A stretch of DNA of 64,000 nt from an uncultured Bacilli bacterium (GCA_934179675.1 CAKPQS010000001.1:10154-74153); one strand, 5' to 3'. Positions 48,692 to 59,546 are shown, numbered from the stretch's first letter. Numbers and translations: made by a program. The notes: generated by a model not told the origin, from the sequence alone.

Positions 48692-51600
48692 TTATTTTAT
48701 ACTTTTTTTAACAAGTTTTACTAAATCAATTAAATAATAGATATAATGTTTATCTAATTTAATAGTATCTAATGTAATTACTAAAGAGTTATCTTTCATG
48801 CTAAATCTAAACATTCTTGATAATTTATTAACTTCCATAAATAATTCTTTACCATCAATTTTATTAGTAATATTTTTATTAAATATAACATCAACACTAT
48901 TTCGGTTAATTTTAATTTTATCAACAATATCTGTTGCCAATTTTTCAAACCATTCACTATACATATAAATAATTACATCATCATCTAATTTACCAAATCT
49001 ATCAGTTAATTCTTTTTTAACTTTTTCAAGACTTTCTAAAGAATCAATTGTATTAATTTTTTTATGAATTAATAATTTCATATCTGATTCTATTGCTAAA
49101 TCATCACCAATACTACTTGGGGCATCAAGTAATGGCGATTCTTTAACTTCAACTTTTTCCTTACCATTTAAACGATCTATTTCTTCATTTAACATTTTCA
49201 TAAATAGTTCAATACCAACATCATCAACAAAACCTGCTTGTTCACTACCAAGTATAGATCCAGCACCTCTTAATGACAAATCACGCATAGCAATAGAAAA
49301 ACCACTTCCTAGTTCAGTGAACTCTTTTATTGCTTTTAATCTTTTCATTGCAGTTTCATTTAAATTTTTATCCGGCTTATACATCAAATAACAATAAGCA
49401 ACTTTATTACTACGACCTACACGGCCCCTTATTTGATATAATTGAGATAAACCAAATCTATCAGAATCCATAATTATTAAAGTATTAACATTAGGTATAT
49501 CAATTCCAGTTTCAATTATAGTAGTACAAATCAAGCAATCGTATTCTTTATTAATAAACTTTTGCATAACATCTTCAAGCTCAATTTTAGACATTCTTCC
49601 ATGAGCATGAACAATTTTTAATTCAGGAATCAATTTCTTTATTTCATTCATTTTTTCTTCTATAGTTTCAACATAATTGTATAAAATAAATATTTGACCA
49701 CCTCTAGATATTTCTTTATATATAGCATCTTTAATAATAGTTTTATTTTCTTTTAATACGTATGTTTGAACAGGATATCTATTAACCGGTGGTGTTTCAA
49801 TTAATGATAAACTTCTTAATCCAGTCATCGACATTTGCAAAGTACGTGGGATAGGAGTTGCTGATAGTGTTAAAACATCAATATTATTTTTATATGATTT
49901 AATTTTTTCTTTGTGTCGTACACCAAATCGTTGTTCTTCATCAACAACAAGTAAACCTAGATCTTTAAATACTACATCATTTGATAAAATACGATGCGTG
50001 CCAATAACTATATCTATTTCTCCTTTTCGTATTTTTTCAATATTTGCGTCCATTATTTTTTTAGAAACAAATCTATTAATTAAACATATTTTTACGTCAA
50101 AATCTTTAAATCGTTCAACAGCATTTTTATAATGCTGACTTGATAAAATAGTTGTCGGACATAAGAGCGCTACTTGTTTTGAAGAACAAACAGCCTTAAA
50201 CATTGCTCTAAAAGCTACTTCTGTTTTTCCATAACCAACATCACCACATAAAAGACGATCCATTGGATGGCTAGATTCCATGTCTTTTGATATTTCTTTT
50301 TCCACTTTTATTTGATCACTTGTTTCAGTATAAGCAAAATCATTATCAAATTCTTCTTGTAATTCTTTATTGTCTAGAAACTTAAATCCAACTGACTTCT
50401 CTCTTTTAGCATACAACTCCAAAAGTTCTTTTGTCATTTCTTCAATATGTTTACGTGCTTTTGCTTTAGCTTTATTCCACTCACTTGATCCTAATTTATT
50501 AATTTTAGGCTTTACACCATCACCTGATGAATATTTAGTAATAAATTCCATTTTTGATGCTGGAACATATAACTTATCATCCCCATCATAGTTGATTTGC
50601 AAATAATCTTTTTTTATACCATTTTTTACAAGTGTTTTAATTCCCATATATTTGCCAATTCCATAGGAAGAATGAACGACATAATCACCAACGTTTAATT
50701 TATTAAGATCTCTAATTTTTGTACCCATTTTAAAATTAGTTTTATATTGATAATTATCTTTGGAATTAAATATTTCAGTTTCTGAAATAACTACATAATC
50801 CTTAAATATGAAACCACTTTTTATGTCACCTATAATAAAATTAATTTTGCCTTTTACTAAATTATCTTCATCAGTTAAAATAGTATTTTCATTTTCTAAA
50901 TCATTAATTAATTTATTAATTTTATTTAAAGAATTAATATAGATAATAATAATATAATTTTTTTTTATATATTCATTTAATCTTTTATTTATATCATCAA
51001 TACCATTAAAAGGTGTAATATTAGCTGAAATATATTTTTCACCTGATAATGAGTTTATATCTAACATATTTTGTAATTTAAAATCATTAATATCATGCAT
51101 ATATTTAAAAGATGCTGAAACATCATTTGAAATACTATATTCCATCATTTCGTTAACTAAATTAACATAAGAATCATTAAATCTTTCAAAATCATCAAAA
51201 ACAACATTCTTATCTTTTAAATAATCAACAATTCCTACAACATCTGTATAATCTTTCAAATTTTTTTGTAATCGATATTCAAAAGGCGCTGATTTAGTAG
51301 ATAAAAATTCTGTATATGAAAATATATTAATTTCTTTAACATTATCCTGTGACATTTGAGAATCAACATTAAAATATCTAATAGAATCAACTGTATCACC
51401 CCAAAATTCAACTCTTATAGGTTTATTATAATTTATTGGAAAAACATCTACCACAAAACCTCTAACAGCTATTTCTCCTGTTTTATTAACAACACTTTCT
51501 CTTGAATATCCTAAATCATAAAGTTTGTTAACAAGTTTATGAATATCTACTGTATCACCTAATTTTATTTTTAAATCAGATTTTTTATATAATTCAATAG

Positions 51601-51931
51601 TAGGTAAATATCGCAAATATCCCATCATGTTAGTTATAACAATTCGATTATTATTTTTAACTAATTCATTCATTGTTTCTAATCTTGTTACTTTCAATTC
51701 AGGACTAACTGCTATTGCTTCACTGGTCAAAAAATCATCCATAGGAAAAAACAAACATTCCACATGTTTGGAAATTGACTGAAAATAGGTATTTGCTTCA
51801 TATAAGGTATTGCAAACAACTAATATAGAGCCATATTTTTTATATAATTCAATTATATATTCTGTTTTTAATTCTTCATTTAATCCATTTACCTTGCTAG
51901 GAAACTTTTTAATATCAAAAAGTTTTAACAT
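48692..51931 (-). CDS. mfd: Transcription-repair coupling factor Mfd
   Basis: UvrB-homology N-domain, RNAP-interacting domain, superfamily-2 helicase motifs (LLCGDVGYGKTEVA, DEEQRFG, TATPIPRT), and the TRCF C-domain; 1079 aa. Confidence 0.9.
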   Translation of the reverse strand: MLKLFDIKKFPSKVNGLNEELKTEYIIELYKKYGSILVVCNTLYEANTYFQSISKHVECLFFPMDDFLTSEAIAVSPELKVTRLETMNELVKNNNRIVITNMMGYLRYLPTIELYKKSDLKIKLGDTVDIHKLVNKLYDLGYSRESVVNKTGEIAVRGFVVDVFPINYNKPIRVEFWGDTVDSIRYFNVDSQMSQDNVKEINIFSYTEFLSTKSAPFEYRLQKNLKDYTDVVGIVDYLKDKNVVFDDFERFNDSYVNLVNEMMEYSISNDVSASFKYMHDINDFKLQNMLDINSLSGEKYISANITPFNGIDDINKRLNEYIKKNYIIIIYINSLNKINKLINDLENENTILTDEDNLVKGKINFIIGDIKSGFIFKDYVVISETEIFNSKDNYQYKTNFKMGTKIRDLNKLNVGDYVVHSSYGIGKYMGIKTLVKNGIKKDYLQINYDGDDKLYVPASKMEFITKYSSGDGVKPKINKLGSSEWNKAKAKARKHIEEMTKELLELYAKREKSVGFKFLDNKELQEEFDNDFAYTETSDQIKVEKEISKDMESSHPMDRLLCGDVGYGKTEVAFRAMFKAVCSSKQVALLCPTTILSSQHYKNAVERFKDFDVKICLINRFVSKKIMDANIEKIRKGEIDIVIGTHRILSNDVVFKDLGLLVVDEEQRFGVRHKEKIKSYKNNIDVLTLSATPIPRTLQMSMTGLRSLSLIETPPVNRYPVQTYVLKENKTIIKDAIYKEISRGGQIFILYNYVETIEEKMNEIKKLIPELKIVHAHGRMSKIELEDVMQKFINKEYDCLICTTIIETGIDIPNVNTLIIMDSDRFGLSQLYQIRGRVGRSNKVAYCYLMYKPDKNLNETAMKRLKAIKEFTELGSGFSIAMRDLSLRGAGSILGSEQAGFVDDVGIELFMKMLNEEIDRLNGKEKVEVKESPLLDAPSSIGDDLAIESDMKLLIHKKINTIDSLESLEKVKKELTDRFGKLDDDVIIYMYSEWFEKLATDIVDKIKINRNSVDVIFNKNITNKIDGKELFMEVNKLSRMFRFSMKDNSLVITLDTIKLDKHYIYYLIDLVKLVKKSIK

Positions 51932-51935
51932 ACAA

Positions 51936-52496
51936 TCATCCTTTTTTATTATATTTATTCATTAAATTATCAAAAGATAAAATAAAATAATCATCTAATA
52001 TATTATTTGTTTCTTTTAAAACATCATCAAATTTACATTTTTCGACATTTGAAAATTTACCCAATACAAAAGATACCATATCTGTATTATTTTTCGATAA
52101 TCCTACTTTTAATCTTTTAAATTTGTCTGTTTTTAGATTATCAATAATATTTCTTATACCATTATGGCCACCACAAGAACCACTTTTTTTAAGTTTTACA
52201 CTTCCAAGTTCGATATCTTTATCATCATAAACAATCAATATATCATCTATATTAATTTTAAAATAGTTAACAAAAGATAAAACAACAGTTCCTGACAAGT
52301 TCATAAAACTGAGTGGTTTTAGAACAATAACATCTTCATTTTGATATTTAATTAAAGAGTATTCGCCATTAAATTTTTTTTTATCAAATTTATAATTATG
52401 ATAATTCATCCAATTATCTAAAACCATAAATCCTACATTATGTCTTGTATTTTTATATTCATTACCGGGATTGCCCAAACCAACTAATAATTTCAT
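51936..52496 (-). CDS. pth: Peptidyl-tRNA hydrolase
   Basis: KLLVGLGNPGNEY..TRHNVGF and GGHNGIRN motifs; 186 aa. Confidence 0.85.
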   Translation of the reverse strand: MKLLVGLGNPGNEYKNTRHNVGFMVLDNWMNYHNYKFDKKKFNGEYSLIKYQNEDVIVLKPLSFMNLSGTVVLSFVNYFKINIDDILIVYDDKDIELGSVKLKKSGSCGGHNGIRNIIDNLKTDKFKRLKVGLSKNNTDMVSFVLGKFSNVEKCKFDDVLKETNNILDDYFILSFDNLMNKYNKKG

Positions 52497-53308
52497 TTAT
52501 TATCACCTATTCCATGAAATTCTTTATAAACTTCATCTTTTTTTAAATTATATTTTTTAGCAATCATTTTTATTGCATCATTAGATTTCATACCATTATC
52601 GATTAATTCTTTTATTTCATCATTATAATTTTCATCTATTTCATCATTTATAGAACCACTAACAACTATAACAAATTGACCTTTTAAAACTATTTTATCA
52701 ATTAATTGACTTATATTTCCTCTATAAATTTCTTCATATTTTTTAGATATTTCCCGGGAAATAGAAATATATCTGTCGCCAAAAACATTTTTCATATCTT
52801 CAAGTACTTCAATCAAACGGTGTGGTGCTTCATAAAAAATTAATGTATGTTTTATTTTTTTTAAATTTTCTAATTCTTTAATTCTTTTAAATTGTTTAGC
52901 ATTTAAAAAACCATAAAAAGAAAAAGGAAGTGGTGCAATACCAGAAGCAATCAATGCCGGAAGTAAAGCATTTGCACCAGGAAGTGCTACTACATTAAAT
53001 CCTTTATTACTAGCTTCCCTAACAATAACATAACCAGGATCACTAATAATCGGGCATCCTTGGTCACTAACTATTCCAACATTTTGGCCATTTTCCAAAC
53101 ATTCTAAAACTTTATCAATGTTTTTTCTCTCATTTTGTTCATTATTTGAAATTAATTTTTTTGATATTTTATAATATGAAAGAAGTATACCAGTTTCTCT
53201 TGTATCTTCGCAAAACAACACATCAACTTTTTTTAATACATCGAGTGCTCTTATTGTAATATCATCCATATTTCCAATTGGAACAGGAATTAAATATAAT
53301 GTAGGCAT
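52493..53308 (-). CDS. rsmI: 16S rRNA (cytidine1402-2'-O)-methyltransferase RsmI (tetrapyrrole-methylase fold)
   Basis: LYLIPVPIGNMDDITIRAL..., VSDQGCPIISDPG and EAPHRL match RsmI/YabC. Confidence 0.85.
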   Translation of the reverse strand: MPTLYLIPVPIGNMDDITIRALDVLKKVDVLFCEDTRETGILLSYYKISKKLISNNEQNERKNIDKVLECLENGQNVGIVSDQGCPIISDPGYVIVREASNKGFNVVALPGANALLPALIASGIAPLPFSFYGFLNAKQFKRIKELENLKKIKHTLIFYEAPHRLIEVLEDMKNVFGDRYISISREISKKYEEIYRGNISQLIDKIVLKGQFVIVVSGSINDEIDENYNDEIKELIDNGMKSNDAIKMIAKKYNLKKDEVYKEFHGIGDNK

Positions 53309-53317
53309 AAAAACCTC

Positions 53318-54025
53318 CTAACTAAAATAATTTTTTATTTCTTCTGTATATTCGCCATTTTCATAAACATATAATGGATCCATAATCTTTAGTCCTGGTT
53401 TACCATTTTTCATACCTTCTACTAATAAAATATTAGCATTTTTCCCTTTATATGGGTAAACAAATCTTATTTTTTTAGGTTCAATATTATTTTTTCTCAT
53501 AGTAAATAATATTTCCATTAAATTTTCAGGTCTATGAACAATAGCAACTATACCATTATTTTTAAGTATTTTTTTTGATATTAAAATAACATCATTATAA
53601 TCTAAATAAAAGGAATGACGAGCAATTTTTTTAGATATTGTTTTACTTACATTATCACCACTAAAATATGGTGGATTACAAACAACAACATCAAATGAAT
53701 CACTTTCTAAAGATTTATAAAATTCTTTTATATCTTCATTATAAACTGTTATTTGGCTGTTCAAATTATTGATTTTAATACTTTCTAAAGAATTCAAATA
53801 ACTTTCATTTTGTATTTCTACACCTATAATTTTAGCATTTGTTCGCATAGACAAAAGGATTGATATTATGCCATTTCCACATCCTATATCCATAACATTA
53901 TTAATTCTTTTATTTAATGTAACAAAATTCGCTAATAAAACAGAATCAAGTGAAAATTTAAAGCCATCAGTGTCTTGTACTATTTTCATTCCATCAAATC
54001 CCAATATATTATTAATTACTTTCAT
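53318..54025 (-). CDS. class I SAM-dependent methyltransferase (YabB / tRNA m6A37 TrmN6-like)
   Basis: VMDIGCGNGIISILL (motif I) and VVCNPPYF (NPPY motif of N6-adenine/ N5-glutamine MTases); conserved position between rsmI and yaaT. Confidence 0.6.
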   Translation of the reverse strand: MKVINNILGFDGMKIVQDTDGFKFSLDSVLLANFVTLNKRINNVMDIGCGNGIISILLSMRTNAKIIGVEIQNESYLNSLESIKINNLNSQITVYNEDIKEFYKSLESDSFDVVVCNPPYFSGDNVSKTISKKIARHSFYLDYNDVILISKKILKNNGIVAIVHRPENLMEILFTMRKNNIEPKKIRFVYPYKGKNANILLVEGMKNGKPGLKIMDPLYVYENGEYTEEIKNYFS

Positions 54026-54806
54026 TAATTTTTACCTCAATAATATTATTTCCAACGTCCACTTTAATAGTTCTTGAAAGTACATCAACACTAATAACTT
54101 TGCCTATTCCTTTTTCAGTTTCATAATTTTTACCAACATTTGGAAGTCCTTTTCTTTTTGAAGCATAAACATCATCTTCATACTTTAAGCAGCATAAAAG
54201 TCGACCACAAACTCCATTAATTTTCGAAGGATTTAAAGCTATATTTTGATTTTTAGCCATATTAATAGAAACAGAATCAAATTCTTTTAAAAACCTGGCA
54301 CAACAAAGTTCGCCACCACAAATACCAATGCCACCGATACAACCTGCTTTATCACGGACACCAATCTGTCTTAATTCAATTCTTGTCTTATATATTGATG
54401 CAAGATCACGCGCTAATTCTCTAAAATCGACTCTAGAATCAGCAACAAAAAAAACTATTAATTGATCTCGCTCAAAAGTATATATAGCATTTATTGCATG
54501 CATATCAAGGTTATGTTTTTTAATAAGTTCTTTACATTTTTCAAGAGCATCTTTTGAATCATTTGTGTTTTTTTTGTCTTTTTCTATATCTTCAGAAGAA
54601 GCTATCCTAATTATATTTGTAATTTCATAATTAATTTTTTTTATATCAATGTCAATTTTGTTAGTAACAATATTTCCTAAACATATACCATAATCTGAAT
54701 TACATATAACCGACATTCCTTTACTGCATTCAAAGCCTTCAAAAGAATAATAACGAATTCTTTTAGTATATGAAAAACGTACACCAATCACTTCCACAAT
54801 TAACAT
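54012..54806 (-). CDS. ricT: PSP1-domain protein YaaT/RicT (stage 0 sporulation / RNase Y regulator)
   Basis: EVIGVRF...RYYSFEGF...G aligns with the B. subtilis YaaT N-terminus; the cysteine-rich C-terminal part fits an Fe-S cluster site; located next to holB. Confidence 0.65.
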   Translation of the reverse strand: MLIVEVIGVRFSYTKRIRYYSFEGFECSKGMSVICNSDYGICLGNIVTNKIDIDIKKINYEITNIIRIASSEDIEKDKKNTNDSKDALEKCKELIKKHNLDMHAINAIYTFERDQLIVFFVADSRVDFRELARDLASIYKTRIELRQIGVRDKAGCIGGIGICGGELCCARFLKEFDSVSINMAKNQNIALNPSKINGVCGRLLCCLKYEDDVYASKRKGLPNVGKNYETEKGIGKVISVDVLSRTIKVDVGNNIIEVKINESN

Positions 54807-55702
54807 CTCCCTTCAAAGAGTAAGATAAGTCTTTCAATAAGTAAACTACCATTTATATTATATCGCAATTTATTCTTAATTAAAATAGTAGATTTTATTT
54901 TATTACTTATACTTTCCAAAGTATTATTATTTTTTACATATTCCATAAGTTCACTTTTATTAAATGTATTTGTATCAAATGAAGAATATAATCTGATAAT
55001 ATCATAATAAAACAAAACTAAAATTTCTAAAAATAACTCAATATCATTTTTAACCATTTTACCAAAAAAAAGATTTGTTTTAGTTAATGCTAAAATTCCA
55101 TTTTTTTCATAGCAATCAATAAAAAGTAAAACTTTTTCCATTATTTTTTTTACATATTCATACATACTTTCATCTAAAGGTCTAGAACTATTTGATGCAT
55201 AATAAATTATATTATAAACATCATCTATATTTTTATCTAATGATTTAAATTTTAATTTAATAATCTGACATCTAGATAGTATCGTTGTCAAAAGTGCAAA
55301 TCGATTTTCTGTAACTAATATTGCAAATATATTTTCTGCTGGTTCTTCAATAAATTTTAACAACGAGTTTGAACTAACTTCATTCATTTTATCAGCACCA
55401 TATATAATATATACTTTCTTTTTTGAAACAAATGATTTAGTAAAAAATTTTTTTTGTAATTCATCTATTTGATTTTTTTTTATAACACCATTATCTGGTT
55501 TAATTATATAAATATCAGGATTATTATTTATATCAATATCATTTTTATCAAGCAAATTTGAAACAAAAAATTGCAAAAATAAATCTAAATTATTATAATT
55601 TTTTGATTCTACAATGTACGCATGAGAAAAAGAATCATTTTCATGATTTTTCTTTATAAAATCATAAACTTTTTCTTGTTCATTTTTAAGTATATCAAAC
55701 AT
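54800..55702 (-). CDS. holB: DNA polymerase III subunit delta' (HolB)
   Basis: AAA+-like fold with a degenerate P-loop (SHAYIVESKNYNN), as is typical for delta'. Conserved position upstream of yaaT. Confidence 0.6.
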   Translation of the reverse strand: MFDILKNEQEKVYDFIKKNHENDSFSHAYIVESKNYNNLDLFLQFFVSNLLDKNDIDINNNPDIYIIKPDNGVIKKNQIDELQKKFFTKSFVSKKKVYIIYGADKMNEVSSNSLLKFIEEPAENIFAILVTENRFALLTTILSRCQIIKLKFKSLDKNIDDVYNIIYYASNSSRPLDESMYEYVKKIMEKVLLFIDCYEKNGILALTKTNLFFGKMVKNDIELFLEILVLFYYDIIRLYSSFDTNTFNKSELMEYVKNNNTLESISNKIKSTILIKNKLRYNINGSLLIERLILLFEGRC

Positions 55703-55720
55703 CTTAAATCTCCTTAAGCA

Positions 55721-55921
55721 TTAAGCTACAAAAAATATACATATTAAAGATAACAAACCAGGAATATCAAATAAAATAAGCATTCCTAATGTATAATAAT
55801 TAATGGGTATAACCATATTATAAGAAACAGCAAAAACATTATATGCATACAAAAGAATAAAACTTATAACAATTTTTTGAATTAATTTTATTATTTTTTT
55901 TAACATTTTGCACCTACTCAA
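55721..55921 (-). CDS. BofA-like small membrane protein (pro-sigma-K processing inhibitor family), tentative
   Basis: 66 aa, two TM helices with a C-terminal ...FDIPGLLSL motif similar to the BofA end. Adjacent to recR, as bofA is in B. subtilis. Confidence 0.35.
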   Translation of the reverse strand: MSRCKMLKKIIKLIQKIVISFILLYAYNVFAVSYNMVIPINYYTLGMLILFDIPGLLSLICIFFVA

Positions 55922-55942
55922 ATATATGAGCGAAAAAACAAA

Positions 55943-56548
55943 TTATTTACTATTAATTTGTTTTCTATCAGCAAGTGCTGTTTCTAAAGTTAATAAATCT
56001 AAATAATCCATATCAGCACCAAGAGGTACCCCATGTGCTAATTTTGAAATTGTTAGATTTTTTGATTGAAGTAATTTTGAAATATAAAGTGATGTAACTT
56101 CTCCATCAATATTAGGCTCAAGTGCAAGTATAATTTCACGAGTATTATTGTCATCAATCATTTTTAATAATTTATCAATATTAAAATTACTATAATTACT
56201 ATTTTGTATCAAATCATTTAAGACGAAATATTTACCATTAAATGATCCTGTTTTTTCAAATAAAATAACATTTTTAGGCTTTTCTACAATACAAATAATA
56301 GAGCCATCACGTTCACTATCACTACAGATATTACATATATCATCTTCAGAAAAATTATTGCATACTGAACATTTTCTAATATTTTTTTTAGCAGTTATTA
56401 AACTATCAGCAAATTTATTAATAAATTCTTCATCGCAATCAAGAGTCCACAAGGCCATTCTTTCAGCGCTTTTTTCACCAACACCTGGGATTTTCTTAAA
56501 ACATTCAATTAAATCTTGGATTGATCTTGAATAATTAACATAATTCAT
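55943..56548 (-). CDS. recR: Recombination protein RecR
   Basis: HhH N-terminus, C4 zinc finger (CSVCNNFSEDDICNICSD), Toprim domain; 201 aa. Confidence 0.9.
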   Translation of the reverse strand: MNYVNYSRSIQDLIECFKKIPGVGEKSAERMALWTLDCDEEFINKFADSLITAKKNIRKCSVCNNFSEDDICNICSDSERDGSIICIVEKPKNVILFEKTGSFNGKYFVLNDLIQNSNYSNFNIDKLLKMIDDNNTREIILALEPNIDGEVTSLYISKLLQSKNLTISKLAHGVPLGADMDYLDLLTLETALADRKQINSK

Positions 56549-56856
56549 TAAAATAAACCACTCATACCATTTGTATATTTACCCATTTTTTCTTCTGTCT
56601 TTTTATCAATTTTAGAAATAACATCATTAAAAGCAATTAGTAACATATCTTCAAGCATTTCTTTATCTTCCATAGCTTCATCTTTTATAGAAACACTTTC
56701 TATTTTTCTATTTCCATAAGCCTTAACTGTTACTAATTCTGAATTTCCTTCAAATAAAGTTTCATCAATAGCCTTTTTTTCTTTCATCATTTCACTTTGT
56801 AATTTTTGAGCTTGTCTAAGCATAGCTTGCATGTTCATATTGTTCCTCCTATTCAA
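56548..56856 (-). CDS. ybaB: Nucleoid-associated protein YbaB/EbfC
   Basis: 102 aa; N-terminus ...NMNMQAMLRQAQKLQSEM is characteristic; lies between dnaX and recR. Confidence 0.85.
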   Translation of the reverse strand: MNRRNNMNMQAMLRQAQKLQSEMMKEKKAIDETLFEGNSELVTVKAYGNRKIESVSIKDEAMEDKEMLEDMLLIAFNDVISKIDKKTEEKMGKYTNGMSGLF

Positions 56857-58543
56857 TCGTTATTAAACTTCCAAAGTCATCCTCAATTTGATTGGTAAAA
56901 TTATTTAATTCTTGATTATTTTCTTCTTTTTCCTCTATATAATTAAATACTCTTTTTTTATGATTGAAATCATCTCTAATTTTTTCCCATTCATCTATTG
57001 AAGTTGCAATAACTTTGTATTTCTTATTATATAACATTTCAAATAATAATTCAATCTTATCAATGTTTTCATTAAATAAATTAGCATCATGAATATTTGT
57101 ATAAACAAATATTAAATATTCCCCTCCAGCAGCCTTTAAAGTTCCATCAATAACTAAACTTGCAACAAAATTATAATTTACATCTAATATATAATTTCTG
57201 ACTTCTGGTAATTTTTCGCGAATTTCATTTAATAATACTCTATTATATTTTGCTAATGTATTTCCTATACGAATATTCTTTTTTGCTTCAAATTTTTTCA
57301 ATGCTTCTGTATCAATTCTGATTTCTATTTTTTTGGAAATATTATTAATATTTTTATGTTCTTCTTTTGTATTTTCTTTTATATTTTCAAGGCTAGAATT
57401 ATTTCCCAAATTATTTCCCGGGAAATAATTTATTTTATTTTCCGGTAATTTTTCCTGTGAGATTTGCGATATATCAGCAATATTTAGAGTAAGTAAATCA
57501 AATAAAACCTTTGGATTATTGCTCAATCTCATATCATATAATGAATCGTTCATCAATTTCATTATCTTATTAATTTGTTCTATGTTATATTCATCTGCAG
57601 TTTTTTTATAAAAATCAGCATATACATTTTCATTTAAATAATCTGGTACAATTTTAGCAATTAAAACATTTCTAAAAAAGGTAATAAGTTCTTCTAAAAC
57701 TTTTGTCATATTTTTACCGACATCATTATATGAATCAGATAACAATAATGCATCTTTTAAATCATTATTTTTTATCTTGCTAATAAAATCGTATAATTCT
57801 TCTGGTTTTAATGTTCCATTAACGTCATGTACATCTTTAAAAGTAATTTCTACTCCAGATCCAACATAAGCATTAACTTGGTCTAAAAGATTTATCGAAT
57901 CTCGCATGCCACCATCGGAAAGCAATGCAATTTCTTTTAAAATATCATCTGAAATGTTAATATTTTCATTTTGAGATATAATATGTAATCTTTTAACTAT
58001 ATCATCAACTGATATTTTTTTAAAATCGAATCTCTGGCATCTAGACAAAATAGTAATTGGTATTTTATAAGGTTCTGTCGTTGCTAAAACGAATATAACA
58101 TGTTTTGGCGGTTCTTCCAATGTTTTCAAAAGGGCATTAAAAGCACTTGTTGTTAACATATGAACTTCATCTATTATGTATATTTTATATTTTCCATAAG
58201 ATGGTACTAAATTTACTTTATCTCGCAATTCGCGTATTTCATCCACACCGTTATTAGAGGCAGCATCTATTTCTATTATATCAACACTTTGTTTATTGTT
58301 ATATTGCAAACAATTTTCGCATTGATTACATGGTAAGTAATCTTTTAAATTTGTACAATTAACTGTTTTTGCAAGTATTTTAGCAATACTAGTTTTTCCT
58401 GTACCTCTAGGACCGCAAAATAAGTATGCATGTGAAATTCTATCATATTTTATTGCATTTTTTAATGTTTTAACAATTACTTGTTGTCCAACAACTTCAT
58501 CAAAATTACTTGGTCTATATTTTCTATATAAAACTTGATACAT
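56849..58543 (-). CDS. dnaX: DNA polymerase III subunit tau/gamma
   Basis: YRKYRPSNFDEVVGQ, GPRGTGKTS, IIDEVHMLT, and a zinc module CTNLKDYLPCNQCENC. Confidence 0.9.
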   Translation of the reverse strand: MYQVLYRKYRPSNFDEVVGQQVIVKTLKNAIKYDRISHAYLFCGPRGTGKTSIAKILAKTVNCTNLKDYLPCNQCENCLQYNNKQSVDIIEIDAASNNGVDEIRELRDKVNLVPSYGKYKIYIIDEVHMLTTSAFNALLKTLEEPPKHVIFVLATTEPYKIPITILSRCQRFDFKKISVDDIVKRLHIISQNENINISDDILKEIALLSDGGMRDSINLLDQVNAYVGSGVEITFKDVHDVNGTLKPEELYDFISKIKNNDLKDALLLSDSYNDVGKNMTKVLEELITFFRNVLIAKIVPDYLNENVYADFYKKTADEYNIEQINKIMKLMNDSLYDMRLSNNPKVLFDLLTLNIADISQISQEKLPENKINYFPGNNLGNNSSLENIKENTKEEHKNINNISKKIEIRIDTEALKKFEAKKNIRIGNTLAKYNRVLLNEIREKLPEVRNYILDVNYNFVASLVIDGTLKAAGGEYLIFVYTNIHDANLFNENIDKIELLFEMLYNKKYKVIATSIDEWEKIRDDFNHKKRVFNYIEEKEENNQELNNFTNQIEDDFGSLITIE

Positions 58544-58591
58544 ATAACACCTCACTCATCACAATTATAGCACAAAAGAAAAAAGAAAAGA

Positions 58592-59029
58592 TTACTTTTT
58601 TCTTCTTTCTTCAAAAAAACTTTTAATTATTTTTAATGACTGTTCTTTTTCTAGTGTATTATCAATAATAATTCCATATTTTTTATTTTGGGAAATATTT
58701 TTTAAAGCACCAAATTCATTATTTTCTATGGAATAATATACCTTTTTTATTCTTGATTGAATAATAGCACCAGTACACATTAAACACGGTTCCATCGTCA
58801 CATATAATTCGCAATCATCTAATCTCCATCGTTTTAACTTTTTGGATGCCTTATTTATTGCTATGATTTCAGCATGTAATAATGGATTATGCTTTTTTTC
58901 TTTTAAATTATGTGCTTTTGCGATAATTTTGTTGTTTTTTACAATCACTGCACCGACAGGGACATCACCTTTTCTATAGCTTTTTTTAGCTTCATCCAAG
59001 GCAATCTTCATATAATTATTCATGCTCAC
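58592..59029 (-). CDS. tadA: tRNA-specific adenosine-34 deaminase TadA
   Basis: HAEIIAI (HAE) and PCLMCTGAI (PCxxC) zinc-deaminase motifs; 145 aa. Confidence 0.85.
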   Translation of the reverse strand: MSMNNYMKIALDEAKKSYRKGDVPVGAVIVKNNKIIAKAHNLKEKKHNPLLHAEIIAINKASKKLKRWRLDDCELYVTMEPCLMCTGAIIQSRIKKVYYSIENNEFGALKNISQNKKYGIIIDNTLEKEQSLKIIKSFFEERRKK

Positions 59030-59069
59030 CTCTATCCAAACATTTGTTCGCTTATGATGTTATTTTTAC

Positions 59070-59160
59070 AATAAAAAATAGTGCACACGTTTAGAGGTTT
59101 TTAAGGCTGCTATCTTCCAATTCTGACCTGTTTCAAACATAATCGTTGCACCAAATAAAA
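59070..59160 (-). ncRNA. ffs: small SRP RNA (4.5S/scRNA, ffs), tentative boundaries
   Basis: The minus-strand sequence ...GGUGCAACG...AACAGGUCAGAAUUGGAAGAUAGCAGCCUUAA...CGUGUGCAC+U6 contains the conserved domain IV (CAGGUCAG...GGAA tetraloop...AGCAGCC) of bacterial 4.5S RNA. A closing helix GUGCAACG/CGUGUGCAC and a U-tail are also present. Confidence 0.55.
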
Positions 59161-59251
59161 TATACAATATTTTAATTTTTTTTTCAAGGTTTTAATGTAT
59201 TTTTTAATCATTTTTATAATAAACATTTAAACAATAATAAATAGCTGTTTT

Positions 59252-59267
59252 ATGTTCCACGTGGAAC
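59252..59267. promoter_or_regulatory. parS-like site 1 (TGTTCCACGTGGAACA)
   Basis: Perfect 16-bp palindrome, extended to ATGTTCCACGTGGAACAT. Confidence 0.75.
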
Positions 59268-59441
59268 ATAAAAAAATATTTCTTAATATATTGTATTTAA
59301 TAATTAAAAAGACTTATTAACATTTGTGCTATTATGCATAATAAATTATATATAAAATACTATTTATTTAAATATTAAATTATATTGTACATTAAATAAA
59401 ACTAATTACATAATTTTAATTATTTAATTATTATTTATTAA

Positions 59442-59457
59442 TGTTCCACGTGGAACA
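59442..59457. promoter_or_regulatory. parS-like site 2
   Basis: Perfect palindrome, extended to the 24-bp TTAATGTTCCACGTGGAACATTAA. Confidence 0.75.
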
Positions 59458-59546
59458 TTAATAAACTTATTGACGTATCATATATTATGATCATTCTTAT
59501 CAGATATATATTATATATAAATAATAATTTTATATTTATGAAGCAA

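Noticed and set aside
49911-50591. Two plus-strand 73-aa ORFs.
   Set aside because: They are shadow frames inside mfd.
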